The position numbers and the translations under genes were made by a program. Of a DNA stretch of 64,000 nucleotides, positions 1 through 14,515 are shown one piece after another (the stretch's first letter is position 1; every line of letters begins with the position of its first letter). Under the pieces are notes generated by a model. That model was given only the letters and a program-made list of their open reading frames with translations, did no database searches and was not told the origin of the DNA. Location of the stretch: the NCBI RefSeq assembly GCF_009914755.1, contig NC_060935.1. One strand, 5' to 3'. This stretch comes from the human T2T-CHM13v2.0 reference genome, Homo sapiens.

Positions 1-1782
1 TCATGTTTGCCCAGGAACCGTTCTTCATGGGTTTTCATGTCAGGAATGTACAGACCCAGGCAGAAGCCTCAGTGGGAGGCAGTACTTGGTGGGTTTCTCT
101 TGTTCTGTGTGTTGCGTGGGCAGAGGCACTGACTCTGCCTTTTTCTGGCCCATCCTCTAAGATGTTTGTACTGCGAGCAGCCTTGGAAGTTAGAGACAGT
201 GTCTTCCTCTGGAGCAAAGGGCAAGTGTGCAGAAGTCATCCTTTATCAAGGATTCTATTTCCCTAAACTCAGCGCTTCCCTCCCACAACGCAACGTGCTG
301 TGCATGTGGTGCCGGGTGGCCTTCCCTGCACTGTCCTTGGAAATGCTCTTCCTACTGGTGTTGCTGTGAGGAAGGAACTGACCTTCATCTCTGATCCAGA
401 GGCTTCGTGTCTTCTACTGGTATCACGAAACTGAGGTAGGCTAACCTGGCGGGTCAAAGGTCAGACCCCACACAGTCCTTGCCACCACACATCTGCTCCT
501 CCCATTAGAAACTGAGACATCACCGGAGACGTTTCCCTCTGCCTCTGCCCCGTTTTCCCAGCCACTCCTGAGACCTGGTGATCTTGCCACCTCCATCTCT
601 CTCACATCCTGCTGAGACCTCCCCTTAGTATCCCCTGCTGGTGTCACTCTGGTCATGGACCACTGGAGCTGCCCACTCACCATCCTACCCCCATCTGCCC
701 AGCCCCTTCCAGCATACGCCTGAGAAGGTCAGCCCCAAACGCCCTCAGCAGCCCATGCCCAGGCCTCAGTACACACCATCCCTCAGCAAGTTGTGCGTTC
801 CCAACCAGGACCTGCTGAGGTCTCTCCAGAAACAGAATCCCCTCCCTCTGGGGAGAAGGACTTCGGCGCAAGGGAACAGGAAAACACTGCAAATATTTAC
901 AGTGGACGTACGAAAAGGCACAGGAATACTGAGTAATTGAAAGGTGGAAATAAACGAGGCCCCATGAATTACCCTGGCAACCAGGTACAGCCGTGAAGAC
1001 AATGAAATTCACTGTGCCTATAACCCAAAGTCAAGATGAAACTGAGGTGTGGGCCCAAATGCACCGTGCTGGTGCTAGAGTGCCCTGCTCACTCATCTGT
1101 CGCCCACCACACCTCTCCTCATCTGCTGAGGGCCTGCCACGTCCCTGCACTGTGCTGGGTGCTGGCCTCACTGAGATAACTACGACCACCTCCAAATGGA
1201 GCTAAGGCCTACGTGGTTTCTCAGGGACCCTGACCTTCTCTCTAGCAGGGGTCACCCCTCACAGAGGCAAGTGATGGGTCAAGGTGGGTGGAAGCAAACC
1301 CTGGGGTTCTCTCAATACAGCAGGAGCGGGCCCCAGCTCCACGGCCCCCCACTCCCACCTAGATGGAGTCCCAGGAAGCTGCCCCACCACAGGGCAACAG
1401 CCAGGTCACAGCAACCACAGACGGCCAGGGAAGACGGAGCTCCCAGCTCCCAGTGATGAGGCTCTCCGGGTTGGGTTGTGAAATAGTCACATCTGCCATT
1501 CTCGGCTGAAATCCCCGACCACTCATTCCCTCTCCCTCCCCTTGTTCCAGGTTCTCATTCCTGAGGCTCCTCCTGGCCACCCCGGCTTCCCGCCATCCAC
1601 CAGCAGGTGTGTGATTCCCCCAGGGGCTCCCAGACCCCGTTCTGTTCCATTTCCTGGCTCAGCGGTGCTGTTCAGGGCTTATTCCAGTCGCTGGTGCCTC
1701 GCTGGTGACCAATCAGTGCCTGTGTAATTGACAAACTCTACCAAACCTCAGAGAGTTTCTCAGTAGAGAGAGTCACCCCAAC

Positions 1783-2087
1783 TTTATTATTTTTTATTCT
1801 TTTTCTTTTTGAGATTGAGTCCCACCCTGTTGTCCAGGCTGGAGTGCAGTAACACAATCACGGCTCGCTGCAGCCTCAACCTCCCAGGTTCAAGCAATCC
1901 TCCCATCTCAGCTTCCTGAGTAGCTGGGACTACAGGAGCACAACCCCCACACCCAGCTAAGTTTTTTTTATTTTTTGTAGACTCAGGGTTTCTCCATGTT
2001 GCCCAGGCTGGTCTCAAACTCCTGGGCTCAAGCAATTCGCCCGCGTTGGCCTCCCAAAGTGCTGGGCGTGAGCCACCGTGCCTGGCC
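1783..2087 (-). mobile_element. Alu (AluJ-like), full length
   Basis: Poly-T tail, both arms, ends ...gagccaccgtgcctggcc; flanking cccaacttta repeated on both sides. Confidence 0.95.
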
Positions 2088-3139
2088 ATGGTCCCAACTT
2101 TACCATGAGCCCACCAACACTCAGAGAGGACAAGCTCTGTATCTGAGGCCAGCAGGTCTCAGGGACAAACTCCATGTCCAGAGCTCCCCTCCCAAAGCCT
2201 GTGCTGCTGCCCTTGGGGGTGAATGAACACGGGAAAGGCCGCAGCTGAGGCCTGGGGAAGCTCTTCTGCCAGCCTGGCTTCAAAGCCCCAGCATCTGGGG
2301 GAGGCTTCACCACGACTGTTAGGACAAGACGGGCACAGTAAGGAAGCTGAGCACTCCGAGCACGAGGGCCCAGCCCAAGCGTCCAGTAGCATGGTGAAGA
2401 GCACAGCTGACTTGCTCCCAGCAGCCCAGCCCTTATCTGCAAGGAAGCCCCAAGTCATCCACACGTAGGTCGACCAACAGCAGAGACGTCCACCTGCAGG
2501 GCCCCAACCCCACGACTGAAAAAGAAACCAGCCAAGCACAGGCACTGCTGCCCAAACTGCCCAGTGGCTACAGCTGCCATTATTCAGTCCTCGCTCTTAT
2601 CCAAGCTGGCCTTGGACTAGAAGATGGCCTTGCCCCTTTGGAGCAGAGGGGAAATGCTTCTGCAGCTGCAAAGGTGGGCGTTGTTGGCAGCAGCTTCAGA
2701 AGGCTTTCGCTTCTTGTGTTCTCCTTCCAAGTAATCAATAACCAGGCCCTAGAGGCAGCGGTGCTAAGTACTTAGCAAGGGGACAGCGTGAGGCTCCATC
2801 CAGACCCTTAAGCATCTCGGTACCCGTCTGCCGCACTCCTGAACTAACCCCTGCAATGGGAGAAAGGGACGTCTATACCACTTCTCAGAAGAAGTGTGGC
2901 TCACCATTGTCTGGAAAATGAGGCCTTGGAACCAACAGATGGTTGATGGGGAACAAGAGAAAGTGCGTCACCACCCACCAAGGCATGAGGCCTCTGCAGG
3001 GAATCGGCCTCTTAAGGCCTCTCCCCTTTCTGACAACGTATGTGCAGAAGTGTGTGACGTCCTGCAGGCCGTGACAGAATGCCAGGACATGGGAACAAGG
3101 GCTGCACGCAGGCGTTGAGAGGAGGCTTCTGCAGGTCAG

Positions 3140-3290
3140 GCAGAGCCGAGTCCCAATCCCACGGCTCCACCCTGGGCTGCGTGGCCTGCACGAACCCATC
3201 ATTTCTGTCTCGGCCTCACTTTCCCCATCTGGAAGGTGGACGTCCAGCCCCTGCGGTGCTGGAGAAGGCCATTGTGAAGCTTAAATGTGA
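3140..3290 (+). mobile_element. MIR fragment
   Basis: Degenerate MIR core ctcggcctcactttccccatctggaagg. Confidence 0.5.
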
Positions 3291-3421
3291 GGTATCTCTG
3301 GTGTGTTTGTGCATACATATGCATGCATGCATCCCTTTCTCCCATGCAATGGGAGAAAGGGACGTCTACGCCACTTCTCAGAGGAATTGGGGCTCACCAA
3401 GAAATACCTCACACCAGAGAT

Positions 3422-3587
3422 ACCAGGCACAGTGGCTCACGCCTGTAATCCAGGACTTTAGGAGGCTGAGGCAGGAGGATCACTTGAGCTCAAGAGGTCA
3501 AGGCTGCAGTAAGCCACGATTGCTCCGGTGCACTCCAGCCTGGGCAACAGAGCAAGACCTTGTCTAAAGAAAAAAGAAAAAAAAAAT
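3422..3587 (+). mobile_element. Alu monomer (FRAM-like or left/right-arm recombinant)
   Basis: Left-arm start runs straight into right-arm end (ggctgcagtaagcc...gcactccagcctgggcaacagagcaagacc), then an A tail. Confidence 0.85.
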
Positions 3588-3818
3588 GCAAAAATGAACG
3601 CAGCACACTCAGCTGTATCCCCATCCATGCTATGTCTTTGTTCACAATTTAATACTGATAAACTGTGTGTTATGAGGGAGACAGGACGCTGCATATCACC
3701 TCAGATGTCTTCGCCTGGGCTACCGTACAAAGCCCGGCAGACAGGGCAGCTTACACAACAGACATTCATTATCTCACATCCCAGAGGCTGGAGTCCGCAC
3801 AGGGCTGGGTCCTCCTGA

Positions 3819-4249
<431 letters not shown>

Positions 4250-4255
4250 CTTAAC

Positions 4256-4556
4256 TTTATTTTTTATTTTTTTTAAGATAGAGTCTCGCTCTGTCGCCCA
4301 GGCTGGAGTGCAGTGACGTGATCTCAGTTCACTGTAACCTCCGCCTCCTGTGTTCAAGTGATTCTCCTGCCTCAGCCTCCTGAATAGCTGGGACTACAGG
4401 CCCACAATACCATACCTGGATAATTTTTGTATTTTTAGTAGAGATGGGGTTTCACCGTGTCGACCAGGCTGGTCTCAAACTCCTGGCCTCAAGTGATCCA
4501 TCCACCTCACCCTCCTAAAGTGCTGGGATTACAGGCGTGAGCCACCACACCCGGCC
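4256..4556 (-). mobile_element. AluS
   Basis: Canonical dimeric Alu in tandem with the previous one. Confidence 0.95.
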
Positions 4557-5384
4557 TTCATCTCATCTTCTTATCAGGACACCAGTCCTTTGGATTAGGG
4601 TCCATCCATATGACCCCAACTTAACTTGATTACTTGTCTCCAAATACAGTTACATTCTGTGGTAGTGGGGGTTACAGGTTCAACTTAGGAATTCAGGGAG
4701 GGGACACAGTGCAGCCCATGACAACTCTCCACTCTGTTCTTCATGACCTGTGGTGACGGGGCTCCTTGAGGACTGTTGGGCTATGACTATGAGAGCCCAT
4801 TGACCAATACGTCAAACAAAACTGCTACTTTATGTCAGAATCCACATTTGTGATGCTTGTACCTCAGTCACTGCCTGGAACCCTGTTTCCTGAATGGGGC
4901 AGGATGACATTGGAAGGTCCCAGGCTGTCCCCACTGTAATTAGAAAGACCAGAACCTGAGCCTTTATGAAGATATTTTAAATGAAAAGAAACACAAGGTC
5001 CAGGTGAAAGGAACAACGTGCCCCACCCTGGGTGGAAAAGCCTCGCCTTTCCCAGGAAAATGACCTAATCAATCCAATTTCATACTCTCTGTCTTCAGTC
5101 ATTACTGGAATATTCACTTACAAATGCAAATTGCAAAGAGATCTATATTCATCAAGGCTTCCTTTTTCCTAGAGAGCTTATCAAGCTATCAGAGGCTATC
5201 AGCTCATAAAGGTGATAGGAAAAGGTGACACCCAGAGAATGCAATCATGCCTGCTTAATTGCATCGCAGGCAGGGTGCTTGAGGAAAAGATGAAGCGCCT
5301 TGTATAAAATACTGCATCCTTAATGGGGGAACCTTCCTTGTCAAAGGCAAACATCCAATTCAAACAAGAGTTGGTACAGCTTAC

Positions 5385-5426
5385 TCTTCCTCCTTTAAAG
5401 AAGTCTGCAAAACCAAACCTGGCTGT
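5385..5426 (-). other. Candidate 42-nt internal exon
   Basis: Minus strand: ttttatttctctctttttctaatactttccag|ACAGCCAGGTTTGGTTTTGCAGACTTCTTTAAAGGAGGAAGA|gtaagc, in unique sequence. Confidence 0.5.
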
Positions 5427-5710
5427 CTGGAAAGTATTAGAAAAAGAGAGAAATAAAATCCTTCCTCTCTTTATTGCCATGTTAGATACACAGAGACAAA
5501 TGGCCTCCAGGCAATGCAGAGACATAACTCTGCTAAAGCCAGATTCCTCCCCGAAATCATACTAATAAATCAACTCAAACCAAAGGCACGGGCCCCAGTG
5601 ATGGTCACACTCACCAGAACCGGCTGAGAGGGCTTCTGTGGTGGGTCTGGAATCCCAGCCCATGGGTTCTGGGGCCGTCTCATCAGAGCCTTGCAGCAAT
5701 TCCAAGAGGA

Positions 5711-5780
5711 GTGTGTGAGTGTGTGTGGGAGTGTGTGTGTGCATGCACACATACATGTATATGTGTGCACAAACACACCA
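5711..5780. repeat. Degenerate (TG)n/(CA)n tract
   Basis: gtgtgtgagtgtgtgtgggagtgtgtgtgtgcatgcacacatacatgtatatgtgtgcac. Confidence 0.75.
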
Positions 5781-6062
5781 GAGATACCTCATTTCCTGGG
5801 CTCCACTACGATCAGCAGAGCTGTTCCATATCCCAGGGCTTGACCTTGCGCTGGACGTGCAAACATCTCATGACCCCATCCAGAGGAAGGGTTGAGGTCT
5901 CTGTCATAACATGAGATAACAGGCTGGAAAGAGCCACAATTTCTGAGGTCAAAGGGTACTGGCGTGACTGTTAGGACCAGAGTCCCCATCCCATGTGCCC
6001 CTAGCCACTGCCTGCTCCCCGTCCAGAGCTCTCCAGCCTGCTCCGGCCCTGGGCACCTGCAC

Positions 6063-6421
6063 GAGTTGGCCAGGGCTGCTATGGCAAAGTGCACAGACCA
6101 GGCACCTGAAACCACAGAGACACGCTGTCCCACGCCCCCGGAGGCCAGGAGGCCCAGGTCCAGACAGGGTGGGTTACCTCTGCAGGCACAGATTGTTCCA
6201 GGGCCCTCTCCTTCGCCTGGGCACTGCCATTTTCCCTGTGTCTCTATACAGCTGTCGTCTTCTAAGGACACCAGTCACAATAGATCAGGCCCCACCCTAC
6301 TGGCCTCATTTAACTTGATTACCTCTTTAAAGACCCTCGCTCCAAATAAGGTCACGTTCTGAGTACTTGGGGTTAGAGCTTCAACCTGTGAATTTGCGGG
6401 GACACAGTTCAGCCCACAGCA
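6063..6421. mobile_element. MLT1 (MaLR) solo LTR
   Basis: ccagggctgctatggcaaagtgcacagacc ... aaggacaccagtcac ... ccaaataaggtcacgttctgagtacttggggttag ... gggacacagttcagcccacagca. Confidence 0.85.
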
Positions 6422-6840
6422 GTGCTGCTGGCGGGAAGGGCTGAGTCAAGAGCAAGATCGTTCCCATTTTCCATGGAAATCAAGGCAGAGAGAGATCCCC
6501 AAGCCTTACTGACACCAAACACATCACCACCCACTCCAGGATGGGGTGGACAGCAGGTATTCGGGTAACCCAGGGAAAGTTTTGTGTTCAAAGTGACCTG
6601 AGGCCACATCTGGGGATGCTGGTCTGTAGGTGGCTGTTCTGATGGGACCACAGTTACTCACGGGGACAACTAAGCAGTGGGTGCCCGATGGAGTTGATGT
6701 CATGAAGAGACCCCAGCATCAGTGCCGCGTGTGACAGCTGAGACCTGGGGACCTGGGCGTGGGGGCTGCAGGAAGTCGGGGCAGGCTGCCACTGCCTCAG
6801 CCTCACTCTCTCTGTGGCCTCAAACCCCAACGCCACTCAC

Positions 6841-7048
6841 CTGCACTTCTTTAAATCACCTCACCTTTGTGTCAACTGAGAATTAAGCCACCAAACAGGA
6901 TGTTAACAGCTGGATCCAAAGAGCAGGTGCCAATGGGAGGGGGGCAGGTCCAGACAGACACAGAGTACCAGTGACCAAGGAAGTGGATGCTAAGTGACAT
7001 GCGGGTGTGAAGGGACTGAGGAAATGGCCACATGTCTTCAGAGCCAAC
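6841..7048 (-). other. Candidate non-coding exon (208 nt; alternative donor gives 184 nt ending at 6865)
   Basis: Acceptor ...tttctttgtggtctttagacattttaattacttgcag|G; donors AAG|gtgagg and CAG|gtgagt. Confidence 0.3.
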
Positions 7049-7506
7049 CTGCAAGTAATTAAAATGTCTAAAGACCACAAAGAAACGCAAAAGAGAACCA
7101 GACCATTAAAGTGAGCTCCAAACTTCCTGGCAAAGTATACTTGACAGAATAATTCAGGCTTCCATAACTTGAGCAGGGACTGGTGGACAGCAGGACCCAG
7201 CCCTCTGCAAATCACAGAAGACCTGCTACAGCTGCAGAGAGCAAGGACCATGAGGAAGAAGCAAATCCTGGGTCCCAGCGCTACATCCACCCCAGTCAAA
7301 GGTCAACTCCAGCTACTTAGACAGAAGGTCCAGTCTGCTTCCTTCGTGGGTTAATGGTTTACAATCCCAATAAGGCTTAAACCTGAGAACAGACATGAAG
7401 AAAGAAACCAAAGCCACCTGACGCGTGTTGTATGTAAAATCCAGAAATAGAGCTCACTTTTTACGTAGGGCACCTATTTATATTTAGTATTAAAAAGTGC
7501 CTAACT

Positions 7507-7889
<383 letters not shown>

Positions 7890-8295
7890 TTAAGAAAAGT
7901 GAAAACATTTCTTAGATGTTTCAGAAAATTTAGGATTCCCATTTTCAGTATATTGCAATTAATAAGGATTATTTACATACCCGAAACAGAGTTTTTTCAT
8001 AGAATTTCAGGAATTCAGGTTTGTAAATGAGATCACACTGTAATCAGAGGCCCACTCTTAAAGGATCATAAAATCAACTAGACATAAACAGAGAAATCCT
8101 TGCAAAATTAAATTTACAAACTTAAAAAAAGTTTTTGAATGTATCACTCTAATAAATTAAAAGTTTAATGCTAAAATCACACATAACAAAAATACTCTTT
8201 TCTGAGGGGAAATCTTCCCTTGAGGAACAAGAAAGGACCTGGTGTTGGTACCTGCCTGCCATAGAGGAGAGTCAGTCATAAAAATAAATGTGATG

Positions 8296-8593
<298 letters not shown>

Positions 8594-8627
8594 TTAATAT
8601 ATATGTGAATAAATGGATGGTTCTTAA

Positions 8628-8979
<352 letters not shown>

Positions 8980-9111
8980 CTGCCTCTGGTTCTTTCTGCT
9001 AAAAAGGGAGAGAGACTAGCAAGGTCCTAGAAATGTCAAAGGCTCTCTGGCACAACAAACCAGGGGTCTCCCTGCATGCCCTCCCCCGCATGGCTCACAA
9101 AGACCCATCCC

Positions 9112-9435
<324 letters not shown>

Positions 9436-10005
9436 TTATTGGATGAAGGCCCTCACGTGCCTCGCTCTCTCCCTAAGGGCTTGAGACCTCACATGGAACA
9501 AAATCAACATAAATCTCTGCCCTGGGAGACCATCTGTTGTCCTGGGAGTCAAAGCAGAACTGAAGGTAGAAGAACTTAGTTCCGTGACTCAGTGTGACCC
9601 AACGTGTTTGTATCCACAAAACCATTTCTTCATTTCCTTCCCCCCAGTGTCCGGCCTGAGCACATGGCTGGGCCCTCCCGGGTGGGGTGGAGGAGGGTGT
9701 GGGCAGGTTCCAAGATGCTACCACTCCAAGCATGTGCTACAGCCTGTGCCAACCTCAGCTCACAAACCTGCTCAGGCCTGTTCAAAAACAGATTAATAAA
9801 TAAGCAAATAAGTGTGATGGCTCTTAAGTTCTAGCTCAGTTCTTTCATCTAGGGTTAGGCCTCCCTGGTGCCAGGCAAGCTGAGGCCGCCAACACCCTGC
9901 CCCATGAGGCCATCTTCTTCTCTGTCTCTCCATCTGGGCAAATCCCATCTGCTCTATCAGATGGTGAATCCTGGGGAGATGGACCCCATGGGTCTCAGAT
10001 TTTAG

Positions 10006-10203
<198 letters not shown>

Positions 10204-10516
10204 TAAAACACTGTTGATTAACCGAAAGGCCATTTCTGAGCCACATCGCTTACCCATGCTCAGCCCCACGGAAAGGGCATTTAAAGCAAAGAGTCTTAAT
10301 CACCAACCCCAGCCAGGGAAGAAGGAGTCGGGCACCCTGGTCACAAACTCCAGCGTCAGAGAAGTCCAAGTTCAAACACAGGGGCAGTCACTGCTAAGGA
10401 TGGTGAAAGCGCAGCAGTTGCCGAAGCTTCACTCTGTGTGCCGTTTCCGGTCAGCTCCACACCCAGCCTTCAAGGACAGCGGCTTGAGTTTGCATTTTTG
10501 CCTTGCTTTTAATTAA

Positions 10517-10643
10517 TTTTTTTTTTTAGAGATGGGGTCTCACTATGTTGCCCAGGTTGGTCTCGAATTCTTGTGCTCAAGAGATCCTCTCGCCTCAGCA
10601 TTCCAAAGTGCTGGGACTGCAGACATGAGCCACTGTACTCAGG
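10517..10643 (-). mobile_element. FLAM / Alu left monomer
   Basis: Single left arm with T tail. Confidence 0.85.
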
Positions 10644-11559
10644 CACTTTTGCCTTTGTATGTTATGAATGTTGTGGCTGGTGCTGGGGCCTCCTGCCCAG
10701 CATCTGTCCCAACAGGACAGTGACCCCAGTTAGGATCTCCCCCTGTGGGGAGTTTGGAGGGGCCGGCAGCTCTCGGGTTAAACAATCTCGTTCTCCCAGC
10801 CAGAGAATGGCTGAGGAAGGCTCATGCCATATGAGGAGAGGTCTCTAGCGGGGCCTCCAAGAAGGGTTTCTGCACCCTTGAGAAACAGCCCCACAGGAAA
10901 CAGGCCTTCTCTTCCCCAGGACCCTGTCAGGAACATCCCACTACCACATCGTGAGTCCACGAGCTGTGAGGGGTGAGACCACAGCTGACCCCGCAGACGC
11001 CGTCCCCTACCAACCCCCATCCATGGCTGACTCCACACCACACTGGGGATGGGCCAAGACCAGACTCCCTTCCACGTCAGTCCCACCGGGGTCCCCTCCC
11101 GTCCAGCAGATGTACTGGAGGTTCAAAATCCAGAAGACAGCAGTGAGCCTCTGAGGCAGATGTCTCGTGTCTGTGGGCAAGTGAGGTTGTGAGGCGGCGG
11201 GGTCTTCAAAGGCAGAGTTGGTTCTGGATCCTGCACTGGTGGCCGTGGCTCATGGAGGCCTGAGCATCCTGTGGCAGTCTCCTTAGACTGCAGCTTTGAG
11301 AGTTGCCTGTGATGCTCGGCCCAGCATCGATGGTCATGACCAGGCCCATTTCCTCGAATTCCATCCCGTTCTGCTCAGTCACCTGCCACCATGCCGCAAT
11401 GGACACGGGGCGGAGGCGTATTCAATGATGTGGCCCGGAGCCCACAGGTGAGGCACTCCAGGCCAGGGGGCATGAGGGACCCCCCAAGAAGGTCCAGAGA
11501 CCAGAGACAGTCTCAGCAGTTACCAGTCACTTCCCTTACTCACAGGAACTGTAGGCCAG

Positions 11560-11670
11560 CGTTCTCAGCTCTGCCACTTGCTGTGTCACTTTGAGAAAGT
11601 CACCAGACCTCTCTGAACCTTAGCCCCTCCAACTGTAAAATGGGAGCTTTACTTCCCACCTCACAAGGCA
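11560..11670 (+). mobile_element. MIR
   Basis: ctcagctctgccacttgctgtgtcactttgagaaagtcac...ctctctgaacct...ctgtaaaatggg. Confidence 0.75.
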
Positions 11671-12384
11671 AATCCACAGAAGTCAGCCTCTGCAGATGTG
11701 AACAAGCCGCATATTAAAATAGAAGACTCAGCCACAAACTGTGTCACTACCTGTAGGCAGCCAGGGTTTGCTCCAGGCAAATGGGCAGGCAGGAGCCAGA
11801 CCGAATGAAATGTGACCTGCCGTAGAGGCAATACCTGCAGCTACACGTGACCACTCAGTCAAAATGAAGGTTGCAGTCACGCCCCAGGAAGAGGCACTTC
11901 ATGGATGGGAGGAAGACACAGCAGCAAGGTTGCCTTGGCTCTCAAAGCCTTCGCTAAAACGTGCACACTCCCCAAGCCGCAGCCCACGCAAAGCAGCTGC
12001 AGCCTCGAAGGGAGCATGCAGGGAAGATGTGACAAGCCGGCCACTGCCCCTAGGACCTGAGCCCAGTGGATGCCCTTGAAGCAGCTGGGTCGTCAGGAAC
12101 CGTGGAAGGAAAGCTGGCCGCACGGACACCGCACCCTGCCATAGGGAATCCTAATCCCCTGCGCTGGAAAGACCGAGGACAACCTTGGCCAGACGTGCAG
12201 ACCCTGTAGCCGTGAGCTGCTGGGGACAGAGTCGGGGGTATTAAGGATTCAAGGAGACAGCAAAATGCCAGGCAGGAATCCCCTCTGGCAAAGAGAATGA
12301 AGCTTCATTTCCAAATAGATTAATCTCTCAAAGGCGGACATGGTTTTGTCTTTTAGGGCATTTGTTTCCTTAGCAATTTTTTAG

Positions 12385-13045
12385 ACAGATAAAATTCACA
12401 TAACATAGAATTTACCACTTTAAAGTATTTAATGGTTTTTAGCCATGTTGTGTAACCATCACCACTATCTAACGTCAGGACATTCTCAGCACCCCACATG
12501 GAAACCCTAAACCCATTAGCAGCCACCTCCCAGCCTCTGGCAACTGCTAGTCTATTTTCTGCCTCTGTGGATTTGACCAATCTGGACAATGCGGATAAAT
12601 GGAGTCACATCATACGTGGCCTCTGTGTCTGGCTCCTTTCACCACACGTAATGTCCTCAAGGTGTATCTATGCAGTAGTCCTCATCCGTAATCCATTCCT
12701 TTTCAGGCCAAGTCACATCCCATCACATGGGTACACCACACTGTTTATTTATTACTCAGCTGACAGACATCTGACTGATTCCAGTTTTGGGCTATTATAA
12801 ATAACGCTGCCATGAGCATGTATGTAAACATTTTCACTCGTACCTATGATTCCATTTCTCTTGGGGACACACCCAGGAGTGGAACTGCTGGCTCATGTGC
12901 TAACTCCACGTTTAACTTCACTCTACATTTGACTTCACTCTACATTTGACTTCACTCTACATTTGACTTCACTCTACATTTAACATAACTCTACATTTAA
13001 CTTCACTCTACATTTAACTTTTTTTAGGACTTGCCAGGCCGTCTT
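12385..13045 (-). mobile_element. Old L1 (L1MB/ME-type) 3' end
   Basis: aaattcacataacatagaatttaccact...ccagttttgggctattataaataacgctgc...cccaggagtggaactgctgg. Confidence 0.85.
12911..13020. repeat. 17-bp minisatellite, about 6.5 copies (tttRacttcactctaca)
   Basis: Units read directly at 12911, 12928, 12945, 12962, 12979, 12996, partial at 13013. Confidence 0.95.
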
Positions 13046-13225
13046 CCTCAGCGGCAGCCACATGTTAACCAATACCATGGGTATGGCTCAGACAGTAATT
13101 CTCTTCCCACTGCTGTCATTTTGTCTTCAAGCCTTTATCTGCATGCTCAGTCAGGAGCTTCACACCATGGTCAGATGTGTTTGTCCTCAGTCACCAGACC
13201 ACAGAGAGGTATCAAGTCTCAATTA

Positions 13226-13226
<1 letters not shown>

Positions 13227-13263
<37 letters not shown>
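13227..13263. repeat. (CA)n microsatellite
   Basis: Uninterrupted AC run of about 18 units. Confidence 0.97.
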
Positions 13264-13265
<2 letters not shown>

Positions 13266-14014
13266 CAGATCTTTATTTTAGTGACTGTCATATGGGGAAA
13301 ACCCTATGTGTAAATAAAGGTATGTGCTCAAAGCTTTGTTCAGTGGTGCATTCAACCAATATTGGGCACCTGCAATGTGGCAGGGCCTGCCACGGGCCCC
13401 GAGGATGCATCAGTAAACAACATAAAGCCCCCACACCGACCTCCCCCGAGCCATCAAAGAGACAGACACGACAGTGATGGTTTAAGACAATTAGCAGTGC
13501 CCAAAAATTCCTCCCAAGATGGAAAATTAATCTTCCAATTAGGCCATGAGGAGCTCCTGCAGATGACATGCATTCATTTCCCTCAACTGTTCCTTCTCCA
13601 CAGCAACCACGTGCCCTCCCCCATATTCCAACTTGACAAAGCGGTGGAAATCTGAGGCACTGCAAAGAGAGAGGTCTCGGCCACGAGAAGCACCTCTTGT
13701 CTCATGGATATATGGGATCCGTTGTGATCCCGAGGACAAGCACGTCTTTCCACGCCTCAGGAGAGCTGTGCTGCCCACCGCTGCCCGCCCGGAGATTGCG
13801 CCGAGCTGGCGTGTGCCACAAAGGGTGATCACCACGCTGTGTCCACTGCACTCCAATGCCATGATGGTCGGAGCTGCTGCTGCTGCTACTCACTTGGCCA
13901 CAGACGGCGGTCACTGATGGCGGTCACCTGCACAGCAGGGGCTCGTGAGTGAGGGTCCCTATGAGCCGGTTCTCTTTCAAGCCCAGACACCAGTGACCTC
14001 AGCTTTAAGATAAA

Positions 14015-14110
14015 TCCAGTGACTATTCCCATTTTACAGATAAGAAAAGCAAGGCTGAGAAGTATAGGTCACAGGTTCACGGCCACAGAGTGGGTACAAA
14101 GCAGAGACTT
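14015..14110 (-). mobile_element. MIR
   Basis: tattcccattttacagataagaaaagcaaggctgagaag. Confidence 0.7.
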
Positions 14111-14439
14111 GTCCACGCCCAGCACACAGACTCCGAGGGTAGTGGGGCTGGCTTTGAAGTCCAGAAGGAGCACGTTGTCTCCCACCAGGAGACGGGGGAT
14201 GAATCTGTGGGAAGGAGGCAGGGATGAGGCACCTACTCCAGTTCCTCCAGTCGCCCTGACCCGAGGAACAAACCTGCCTCCCGGAACCTGCCCAGTGGCT
14301 TCTGTCATTGCCAAATTTCAAAGGCACAGCCATGAGCCCTCCAAATGGATTAGGGTCCCCTGTTCTACAGGATACCGACCAATTATTGTTATTTGGACAA
14401 GTCCTGGTTTATCTGATTCTCTGATTCTTCACAGCTGTG

Positions 14440-14515
14440 TGGAGGAGGGGTGTGCCCACATGGCTCACGGGTACACAGTAGGTGCTTAATCACTGTGTGC
14501 CAAGTGAATGAATGG
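14440..14515 (+). mobile_element. L2 3' end fragment
   Basis: acacagtaggtgcttaat...gtgaatgaatg terminal motif. Confidence 0.55.

Noticed and set aside
13894-13927. 34-nt minus-strand exon-like unit, and an isolated strong acceptor at 2516
   Set aside because: Weak pyrimidine tract or no partner donor; such sites arise often by chance.
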